Below, piece by piece: positions 25,701 to 37,700 of a stretch of 64,000 nt of DNA. Each line of letters starts with the position of its first letter. The stretch's first letter is position 1. The notes beneath the pieces are model-generated. The model was not told the DNA's origin. It was given only the letters and a program-made list of their open reading frames with translations, and made no database searches. A program made the translations under genes and the position numbers. The stretch is taken from the NCBI GenBank assembly GCA_035084275.1, contig CM068748.1:15748001-15812000 (forward strand), written 5' to 3'. Source of the DNA: Hydrolagus colliei. Taxonomy: Eukaryota.

Positions 25701-28700
25701 ATTCATTCATTGATGGGGAGCAAGTGAAGCCTAGCCAGAACTGCTGAGATGTGGGTGCAGAATGTAGTCTGGGTCAGAACGGGGGCTGCAGAGTTCTGAA
25801 TCAGCTGGATCTTTCAGATGATGGAGCTGGGGAGACCAATGAGGAGTGCATTGGAGTAATCCAAGTGGGAGGTGACAAATGCATGCACGTGGGTTTCGGC
25901 TGCGTTTGGGCTAAGGTATGGTCAGAGGCGAGCAACTGGCGGAGGTAGAAGAAGGTGGTCCTGGTCAGGGACCGGATTTGGAGGAGGAAGCTGGCGGTCG
26001 AACTGGGTGCCTGTCTGTCTAAATTGTGCCAAAAAAAGGTTTTATTCTGTTGCTTGGTTGTGTATCTACTTTTTGTTCACATTTATAAGTTCAACATTTA
26101 CTTTTCATCATTAAGAATAATATCTAAGACATGTTCTTGAACAACCTACAATTTACCAAAAACAATCAAATGTATTTTATTCCCAAGGGAATGGGGAGAA
26201 AGGGTATTGTTAATCAAATGTATCTTTTTAAAATAAAATATTTTTGAAGCTTGAATATTTGATGTTTTACCAGACACCTGTCAGAATAAGCGTGATAGTC
26301 TTTATGAAATGAGATTTCAGAAGTTGATTGTATTGTGTTATTTAACAGTGTAGAATTAAATTGTAAATAAGTCCTGGTGAAATTTTTCAAAGCAGCACAA
26401 ATTTTTTAGTGTTTGAATTTACAGAAACAAGATTCAGCCACACTAGATATGGAAAGAGCAAGTAAGGAAATTGAGATGCTTCGGAAGCAGTGTGAAGCCA
26501 TGACTCAGGAGCTGAAGGAGGGTGTACAAGAAGCAGAAGTCGCGAAACGAAGGCGAGACTGGGCGTTCCAAGAGCGTGATAAAATAGTGGCAGAAAGAGA
26601 GAGCATACGGTAAGCCCGCTACACTTCAGTTTGTCTATGGGTTAACAGTACACTTACGGTTTTATAAGTATCCTCCTCATCTATGGTTCTAAGGGTATCA
26701 AAGTCTGGTACATCACAAAATGAGCATCCATCATATGTGAGCCTTGACAGTGATCGTTGTTGGCTGAGTTAACTATGTTATGGGGGATGCCCCAATTCTT
26801 CAATAAATTTCCAAAGATAAAGATGCACAGGAGGAAAGAAAACGTACATACAGCAATGCTAATGCAGTTATGTTATGAGTACTTTATCCGAATTCTTGGA
26901 TTGGCAGCAATGTTTTGAACATCAACATTATTTCTTACCAGTGATGGAAATCCAGAAAATATTCTCCTGACATTCTTGTATAATAGGCATACATCAGTGA
27001 ATTCACTCGTATGAATGGTGACAGCAGCTATTTATATCTGGGAAATTAGGACAGTTGATGTGAGAATGTTTCGGTCATGCTTTATGATGATCTTTTCACC
27101 AGAGATTCTGATATTGTGTTGGAACTTGTCTTAAGTTCAACTGCTATGTTATCTTTGTTACAGGAAAGTTTATGCACTTTTGATTTGGGTTTATCTTACC
27201 CGGAATGTTTAATCCTTTCTCTCATGTAGAACTCTGTGTGATAATCTGCGTCGGGAAAGGGATCGGGCAGTGAGTGACTTGGCTGAAGCTCTTCGGGATC
27301 TGGACGACATGTTGAAACAGAAGAATGATGCTACACGTGAGCTGAAGGAATTGAAGTTCGTAACATTCATTCTTTTAAATCCTATTGCTTTTATTCCAGA
27401 ATGCTCTGATACAGAATAATGGAGAATGTTCATTGTGTTTTTCTGGGGGGAGGCGGAGAAAGAAGAGAGGAAAAATAAGATAAAAGCTGTGATCCTGAAT
27501 TAATATGTAGTATTCGATTCCTTGCTCAAAATGGATCTCTTTCACACACTCTTGCTTATAATTGCCACAAAATAATTGGACCTAGTTACACCACTTAAAG
27601 TTATGTACTGTAATATGAATTTAACATGAATTTATTTGATTAGTAAATTTATGCAGCTAGTGTCGCAACTTGAAAATAGACTTCAGCAGGTAGGAATAAC
27701 AAAATACTTAAAAGCCGAACCAATTACATTTTTGAAAGTAATAAACTATTTTATTTCTTTAAGATATAAGTGGTTTATTGATCCCAGCCCCTCGCATCTC
27801 CCTCTATCATCTCTAGGAGAGCTAGAGTGGATTGATTAAAGTGAATCTTTGTCTAAAAGAAAGTGTCAGGATTGTACAGTTACACTTTGCTTCGACATCC
27901 GCATATAAAGGTCAAACAATTGTCTGCTGTGCATGGCAATTTTAAAACATTTATTCAATCAAAATGTTTTACATTGAGATAGAATCACAATATTGATTAT
28001 GCAATCAGCAAAGCCAAATTAGAGCACACTAAATGTATTCAAACAAAGCTAAATATATATCAATCAAAATGAATTTATAAAGATGAGAAATGACATTGTG
28101 TTTCGAACCAATGTATTTGCTAAGTTCAAGTTCCCACAGTCAAAGCTATTTGCATCACAGCTGATGTCCAGAAGCTAAAGAAAACTAGAACCTGGCTTTT
28201 TAATGGAATAAAAGAGTTAGCAAACACTTTTTTATTTGAAGAGGTTGAAAGTGACAACTTCAGAATAGAACCCTTGGTTGATGCGAGCAGACGTGCCCAG
28301 AAATCAGTACAATTTCTTTTGGAATTTTTCTCATTTGGAAACAAAGTGTTTCGTTTTCCGATTCAAACAGTAAGTAAGTCTTCAATAAGCAAACAGAAGT
28401 TTGTTTAAGGAGTAAGCACAGCTGAGTTTGTGAACAGTAACTTTATATTAAATGTGGACAAGTTGGAAAGTAATACTGCTTGTTCTCTCTTTCTCTCTAA
28501 CTGGCCCGATTTGTTTAACACTTGTTCTCGTTGATTGCAATCAAGCTGAGGAGCTACAGGCAGCAAAGTTTCACATTTACAATCTAACTGTTGACAGGAG
28601 TGACTATTGCTAGATGAATGCATGAACAGCAGAAACAGCAGCTGCCTGGTCCTTAGAGGCAAGAAACGTGAGCCGTTGAGCTTGAATGCAAAGTTACCAC

Positions 28701-31700
28701 TAGGGTCAATGCTGTTTCACATTCTTGGGGCTTCTGGTTTCCAGGGGTCCAATTTCCTGATGCTGAGGTGGATGTGAAAAGCCCTAATTCTGTATTTGTT
28801 ATCCACTGTACCCATCATTCTGCTGCTTCTGAGGATGTTGAACCTTTTTCTAGCTATAAGCAAATCTGCAATATAATGTGGTTCAACTGCATTAATTTTC
28901 CATGTGGATCTTTTGTTCTCGCGTCTTGGTACAGGGAGAAGATGGAGAACCAATTGGAGAAGGAGGCGCGGATTCGGCAACTTATGGCGCACAATTCCCA
29001 TGATTCAGCTATTGACACAGATTCTCTTGAATGGGAGACAGAAGTTGTTGAATTTGCAAAGGACAGGGTATGCTTCTAAATTATTTGTCATTTACAGTTC
29101 AATTATGAAACATCATTTGAATTAAATTTGTGCTCATGGGGTAGGAGAGGTAGGAGAGTGAATGTTCATGCTGAGAATTCTTTTGCACTTTGGATTCCTT
29201 GCTCATATGTGATATCTGATGGGCCGTCTGCTGTGTCTGAACATCAGTGTGTAATTTAAAAAAAAATGTATTTTCCGCATCAACCTCTTAAATGGGAAAT
29301 GTAATTCAGTACCAGCTTGTTCTGTTTGAGTTGGCTTTCATGGTACATTCCTCCCCACTTACAAAATTGAATCTTACCCACACAGCTTTAAAAACATGTT
29401 CATTATTATATACTGTACAGTCCAGTTTATATTATGTTACATAGTATGTCTCAGCTGGACTATTCCAATCCCCTCCTCGCCAGTCTCCCCTCCACCAAAT
29501 CCACATAGTCCAGCTGATTCAGAACTCTGCCGCCCGTGTTCTCACCCGCACCAAACTTTGCTCTCCCATTTCCCCAGTCCTTACCAGACTTCACTGGCTC
29601 CCTATCCCAGAGAGGATCGGCTTCAAGATCCTCACCCTTGTCTTCAAATCCCTCCATTCCTCTGCTCCCCCCTACCTCTCTGACCTCCTTTCTCCTCAAA
29701 CTAGCACCCGTTGCTTTCGCTCCGCTGGGTCTGGCCTCTTCCATGTCCCCCGAATCCTCCACTCCACCCTCGGCGGCCGTGCCTTCAGCCACTATGCCCC
29801 GAGGATCTGGAATTCCCTTCCTCACTCCCTTCGCCTCACCTTTTCTCAGCTTCAGGTCCCAGCTGAAGACCTTTCTCTTCGACCGCACCTTTTGTCACTT
29901 TTCTTCCCCTGCCCGGATCCCGGGATCCACTATTGTGAAGCGCTCTGAAACACCGTCCGGCATGGAGGGCACTATATAAATCGAAGTTGTTGTTGTTCAA
30001 TATTTGTTGTTAAATATTTGATCTGAATTATGTCAATTCATGTTTATAAATTTTTGCATTTTAATTTATATGCATGGTTTGTGAACCAAATTTGATCCAT
30101 CATTACTGATCTGAGCATGAAATTGAAGGTAGCTGGAGAATGACCTGCAGATTTTCTCTGCTATAGGATGACATGGATTTGAAGGCACTTGGATTTGACG
30201 TGGCAGGAGGGGCCGATGAGCCCTATCTACCCGGAGACTGTGGCATATTTGTAACTAAAGTAGATAAAGGAAGTATTGCGGATGGAAGGTTAAGGTATGA
30301 ACATCAATCTCTTGTAGAATGCTGTATCATACAAACCAATTTTTTTTTCACCCCTGAGGCAACTATCTGAAAAATAATTTTATTTTGATGAGGTGTTTTG
30401 TGATTTTCTATTATGTGTTTGTTTTTATTTAGGGTGAATGATTGCTTGCTCAGAATAAATGATGTGGATCTTACCAACAAAGATAGAAAACACGTGATTA
30501 AAGCAGTTCTGAATGGTGGAGGGGTCATTAATTTGGTCGTTCGAAGGCGCAAATCTTTGGGAGGTAGAGCTATTACTCCAGTTCACATCAATCTCGTGGG
30601 TTACAAAGGTAATTTCCTTTGAGGTGCTATCACAGAATAAAATATCAGTATAAAATATCCAATATGATTTTTCAGATAAGGTTGCAGTCTGGCTCAGTTG
30701 ATAACACTGTCTCCTCTGAGTTAGAAGTTAGTCTAGGTTGACGCCCTTATACAATGCTGGGGGCGCACAGCATTGTTGGAGATTCTGTCCTTTGGAATAC
30801 GTGTCAAACTGCTTATTAAAGATCTTTTGGCACTATTTGAAAGATGTGAGTTTTTAACCAATCTCGTAGGCAGCAATCATCCCCAAATTACTTTGTGTAT
30901 GGTTGTGGAATGTGTGCAAATCGGCAATTCTGTTCGCTGACAAAATACACATTCATGACAACTGTTATGCAGAGCGTTTTGAGAAATCTTGACATGATCA
31001 GGAGTTGATTCAATCACAAGCATTAGTAGTGTTATTTTTTATTGTTATTCATTATGCAAATGTGCATGCAATTCTGCAAGATTTGTGAATGTCAACTCTG
31101 ACCTTGCAGCCTCATACATGTAAACAATAGTATTTTTGCTGATATGATGGAAACGTTGTCTATGAAACATCCAATTTTCACATGGGAAGCCAGTGTGGTT
31201 AAATGGTCATGAATATAAACTAAAATCCTAATTCTACTAAAGTTTCAATTCCCTTACATTAGTGGATTAAAATTTATATTATAATATTTAATGTAAAAAT
31301 ACTGCTGCTGTGGCAGAATGTAACTGACGCAGACAGTTTTATAAATGTTTAGTTTATACTCTTGCAAATTGTATATTTTTCTTCATTTTCTTAATTGCAG
31401 ACAGTGGAATTAGCTTGGAGACTGGAGTCTACGTGGCTACTGTTGTTCCTTGCAGTCCTGCTGCCAGAGAAGGGTCGTTAACAGTGGGAGACAGACTCAT
31501 AACTGTAAGTTACCTGAACTAATTGTTGCATCTATTTTGTTTTCTGGTGGCACAGCATATTGGAGAATCAACAGACTGTGAATATGTTTTTTAGAGTGCA
31601 AGTTCCCTTCTCTGATATTTCTGGCGTGATCTCAACTTTGCTTCTGCAAAGGTATATATGTCTGCATGGATATGTAGAATTGTTTTTTCTGTTACAGATA

Positions 31701-34700
31701 AATGGTATTGCACTAGAGAACAAATCACTGACAGAATGTGAAGCTTTGTTACGGAATTGCAGGGATTCTGTCAGTATTTCACTGATGAAGGTACGATTTA
31801 AGTTAGGACTTTAATTATCTGAAAAAAGACCACTCTATAAATATACTGAAGGTTCCCGAAAAATGTATTTTGCATTGTTATGTCATAATTATTTTCCTGA
31901 GTGCAGAATTTCACCAAATCTTAGTCTGGATGATGAAAACTAATTTAAAGTTCAAAAAGAATTGTGGAAAATTCTTAAATTCTACTTTATTTTGAAAGCC
32001 AGTTTTACATAGTTCTTTAAAAGAACCTCTTCCACATTCCTGAATTTTAAAGAATTATAATGCATGCTTAACTTTTAAGTAAAAAATCATTTTAGACAAA
32101 GGTTAGATTTGAACCGGTCACTCATTTAATTGCTAAACTCTTTAAAAGCAAATGTTATTTGTACTGTTACAGATTACTGGTGTAGTATACTGAACATTTT
32201 TTCCTTCTGCGAAGGTGATTCCTCAGAGTTCCTCTTGGAGTGGACAGAACATACTTGAAACACTAAAGGAGTCTGAAAAATCTGCAATTTGTAGGGTTCA
32301 TGAATCTGAAGTACAGGTTCCAAACTCTCGAAACTTGAAGCACAACAGCTCAACACAGACGGACATTTTCAGTTCAGACTTGAGCATACTTGACCAAAAG
32401 GGTAGAGTCAATCACAAAGATATCTCTTATTGTGACCACAAACAATTTTCTAGCAGTTCTTTGAAGCCTAACACAAGTAGGACACTTGAACACGCTTGTC
32501 ATAGTAATTCAGATCGTAATTCTGGTCCTTTCAGTCCTGATATGTTTTCTGATAGAAGTTATGGAATATTGGAACCTGACAAAAGACGATTTACATTCGA
32601 TCCTACAGTTACAGATTTCATAATGGTAGAAACTGGTATTGAAAAGGAGCATAGTACTAAACACAGTGGGGGCACCTGGCCAAAAATGATGGTGGATATT
32701 TCACCCTCTGAACCTGGAAAACTTTCTATATTCAAGTTGCCAAAACAGAGGAAGCGCATCTTCGATCCAGATACATTCAAAAGGCCACAGACTCCCCCAA
32801 AGATTGATTATCTATCCTCAACACAAACGCAAGCTCACTCATCACAATCTTCAAAGGCTGAATCGGGTTCAACGCCTCCCACACCACCTAAGAGGAGCGA
32901 TTCATTTAAGTTTAAACATAAACAGCAAACTAGCTCTGCTTCAGACTCTACAATAACCACTGGGTCACCCCCAACCAGCCCAACAGGGCCTCAATGTAAT
33001 GTAAAACAGGAGACCACACATGAAGCTCATGACCGGAATTCTGGCCACTATAAGCCCACTCGTTACTTGGAAGCAAGTAGCATTGCTTCTTCAAGGACTT
33101 CATCTGAGGAAGAAAGTAGCCAGAGAGTTGAGGAGATTGAGCCAGTAAACAGGCGCCGTCCAAAGTCAGCTCCTGCTTTAAGACAGATGCTTGTTCCCTT
33201 GACTATCCCTGGACTCTCCCCCCAGGTACATTTGATTTCTGAATGCTACAAACTTCTGTTGTTTTTTTTCATGTCGTGCCTCTTAGTTTTCTAAAGGATT
33301 AGCTTAGTTACTGTGAGAGATGGTGATGATTATGGCCAAGAACAAAGTAGTGAAGTCATGTTTGGAACTAAAATCGGCATTTTATTCACACATAGATTAA
33401 CCCAAAGCTTTACTGAATGAAGAATGGAAACACTAAACACAGTCCACATTTCTTTGATACTGGGGTCAAAGCTTCCAATCAGACAGCCACAAGGAATCCA
33501 TTTCCCTTCAGTCGGCTGCTATCTTCAATTACCTCATTAACCTTGGCAATGAAGTCTCAACATTCTGAGGTTTCTTCAAGTAATAGGGCTGCTTGTCACT
33601 CCATAATTAGATCCAGCAATCTTCTACCCTATCACAGTTACCAATTTGGCTTTGATGGTCAGCATCTCAAACATGTATGTTTCCTCACTTCTTGGTTTGA
33701 TAACTTGTCAAGTTTCTGGCATAAAGAGCATACCTAATTTTGTATCTGTTTTATGTGGATGTACCTGAAGCGGGTAGATTTATACCATTGGAACCACTGG
33801 GGACGATTTATTCCATGTTGATAAAATGAGTGATATGATTGGAAAGGACTAAAAGAAATAAAGATGCACACTGTGAAGTGCTTTGAGATATCTTGATGAT
33901 GTGATACAGTGCTATATCAAATGCAAGGATTATTATTTGTTACTAAGTTGAAAATTTATTTAAAGGTCAGGCATTCCAAGAAATTTCACACGTGGGATTT
34001 TGCTATCAACACAGTAAACATTGTTGGAGAGGAATTGGTGTATTGCAAATCATGTCAGTGAGACTTTTATTTTACAGGAGAATGTTGATCCTCACCCCCA
34101 CTATGACAGTATCGCAGTCCGCTCTCCAAATCCCAAATGTAACATCAATGAAGAACGTCTTTCTTTGGAACTGCAGGAATGGAACCGGTACACGCCAAAA
34201 CGCTCACATCGACACAGTGTTGGTTATGTACCAACAGTATATAATTGTCCAGTGTCATCAGGTTGGTTCCCATAAACAGTGTCTAAGATCACAAGTTTAT
34301 AAATTGATGTGAACATTCCTTTGTATTTATTTCTAGGTTGTATATTTCTTAAAATGTCATGATGAACTTTGATCCTCTTCAATAGTAAGAACAGATTGAG
34401 AGATGTGAACTATTATTGTGGCGTCTATTCACTATTTTAGTAGTGGTTAGAGCACTTGCCTCACAAGCAAGAGACCTGGTTTCGATTCCCGGGCAAGGCA
34501 AAATGTTGGGCATCTTTCCTTACTCTACTTGCTCTGTTTACCAAGCAGTAAGTTGGAACCTGGTTGTGAGACAATAGGTGCATCGCTTTTCCATGAATAA
34601 TAACCCTCCACCCCCACCAAAAAAAATAAACCAACAATAATTTGGTCACTCAATCCATGACTCCTTATGGGACACTGTTCATGCTGCTGCATTCCGCTCA

Positions 34701-37700
34701 GAGTCAATTCACTTTATAGTATATTCTGTGAAGTGCTTTGAGACATCTAGAAGATGTGAAAAGTTCTGTATCAAATGCAAGGATAATTATTATTGTGTTG
34801 TTACACATTTGATTTTCTTTAGCTACTAAAATTGATTCAATCTGCATATTTTCAGTGTAGATTATTTGTGTTCTATTACAATTGCAATAAGTAAATTATA
34901 AACTTGTAGATTTGAGTGCCTTCAAAACAGAGGACCTTTGGAGTATAAAATCAATATAATTGATTGGAACAGTAGTTCATGTTTATAGAATACAATTCCC
35001 CAGAAAGTAGTGGTCTACCCTTCTGAGCCCTGAGGATGAAAATATTTTGAGGGATAGACTGATTGCTTGGTTACCTCATCTCCCAATTTTCAATTCAAAG
35101 GTATTTCTCAGTTTACCTTTTGGGGCAACTAGGAAACCCTCCAGTCTGTACCTGCAGCAAAAAATATAGGAATAAGACTATCTCGTTGTCCAGAGGTCTT
35201 TTTCAACACTGTTTTCCCTGAACCTCTCAAGTAGTTTCTCTACTCTGGAACATTTTATACTTAATTCCTACCTGGTTAATCACAAGTGGGAGACTGGAAT
35301 GTATACATTATCAATATATGTCCAAGGAATGTGGTGCTAAAATGGTTTTGACTTGTAATTGAATACACAAATCTGGTTTGTAGAAACAGAAATAGAGTAA
35401 AACAGTGAAAGGCAGTGAAATTAACTAGATTAATCTGTTTTAACACGATTCTGAAATAATATAATGAATAGATATCCATATTGAAATGGACTGTTGTGTT
35501 GCCACTAAAATCTTGCAAGTTGTATATTCTTTATTCTTGAAAAGGTATTATTTTTGTGCAGCTTGGAAAGACATTGTCAGAGACACAGTGAGTGTACCGA
35601 CTGTCTAATGGGGGAGCCTTGCTCACTTCTGTAATTCAATTTTGTCATTTACATTTCAATAAAACTAATCAGAGCTTCTGATTTTTGTGCCTTGGAGCAC
35701 CTTCCCAACTTGAAAGGCATTGTACAAATGTAATTTTGTTGTTGTTTTTGTTCCAAGGTTTATAAATTTCATTTTTTGAGTTTTTTTTAGCTCTTTTGGA
35801 GTTCTAAAAAAAAATCTAGGTTTTTTTTGGGGGGCTGGCTACTCTTAATGAGAAGATTCTGGTGGAGGAGTGGAGCAAAGCACCCTCATGCATGCACAGC
35901 TCCTCCCTCCTCTCACAAATGAGTCACTAGACGCGCCTGCGCATACAGAGGGGAGAAGGAGAAAGAGAGAAACGTGTGTAGTTGGCGTCAGGACAGGTAA
36001 CATTTGTGGTGTTTTTCGGCGTTTATGGGACCAAAAGCTATTTTTTGCATTGTGGATTAAAACTGCCAAGTTAGAGGTCCTAATTAGAATCGAGGAATAT
36101 ACGGCTGAAGATAAATAATCAATTAGTTGTTGTGGATTTTTTTTAACTACCTCCATCCTTTATGTACAGGCAATGTACAGAGAAGCTTCGTGCCTTGTCC
36201 AGCAGTGACATCAGTCCTGCGGAATCCAAATGTTCCTTTCTTCACTGTTCGCAGCCACATGGTCCACAATGCCAACTATCCTTCCATGGCTAGTCAGATG
36301 TGTTATCCACATCCCCAGCACAGGTATTAGTCACTTAATGGTACTCTCTTTATAGTCTGATCCATATTTCTAAATAAACACATTCATCCTTAAGAAAATT
36401 ATAAATTCACAAGGTTGGTTTAAATGAAGAAGACCCTCCAACCCATCTAAACCCATCCTTGCAATACACCCACTTTACTGCCACCCCATCACAGCATCCA
36501 GCTCCTTTTTTAAGTGAGTTCAGTGTCATCGTTCGATCATGACAATTGTTGATTATCATCTGAGTAAAGAAAAATAATTTTAAAAAGTTATTTATTTTTA
36601 AAAACCTTCTAAAGTTCCTTGTGATTTGTTTTTCTTATGAAATAGAACAAGGAATCGTTCACCAACTGAAAGCTATAGTACTACTTCTCCACGGGCTAGG
36701 CACAGGCCCCTGAGTGCTGTTTGCTTTCCAGAATCTATACACGCCTTTGACAACTTAAGGTAAGAATGTTTACAGTAGTGATCTTTAAAGCGGTGTAGAT
36801 ACAGTATGTTTGCCTACCAAAACCATTACTGCACTTAGTAGAAATGAGTTGTGAAGTGCTTTGAGATATGTTCATTGTTGTGAGTTGCTGCAAAATTGCA
36901 AGTTAATACTTTTACGGCAAGTTGATTGCTTAATACAAACACGTCTATCTATGTATGTGGTAGCTTCAATTTTTTTGTCCTCTTGTTTCTTCTCAACGAA
37001 ATGATTGCTTTAAACTACATCTCTTAATTACTGGTAGAAATGCATCTTAAATTGAAGTAAACCAAATCACAATTTTTTCATCATTGTAGCCCACAGCATC
37101 ATGCACACCACAGCTTGGACCTGACTGGCCCAGACCACAAACGATCAAGTGAATTGTCTGAGTCCGCTCGAAGTACACCACCCCATGGAACACAATCTCT
37201 ACCTGCCAGTGCACGCATTGGTATAAGTCTACGATTTATTACTATATTTTATTGGTGTCTTGATACTAAAGTGACAGGTGAACAATATATTTAAATTCTC
37301 AGCAGGTTCTTCAAGCAGCCTGGCTTTTGCTCCCAGTAAAAGTGGACGTATTCGGATCCCTTCCAACACACGATACCCCAGATTAACAACGGGCTCTGAT
37401 AGAGGTAACTTTTTCCCATACATAGTAGTTTCAGATTTGCTTTGCTCCCAATATTGTTTTCTCATCAAGTTCCTGCATGTCCATGCCCCCTTCCTTCCTG
37501 GAATGCAGTGGTTAGGTGATTGTGTGGTTAGGATGAATATTTTGTTGTTTAGTCAGCTAAATGGGCTTAAATGTGTGACTGTCTCAAAACTATTAAATCA
37601 GAGGAAGTGAACAGCTTATCCAAGGTTTCTAAAACACCTTAGGTAAGTCTTGTTAGGTTCGGCCTCAAGAACTATTTAGATGCTGCTTGAACAAACTGCA

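Noticed and set aside
29396-29979. 95-147 aa ORFs
   Set aside because: Off-frame or antisense reads of an L2 fragment
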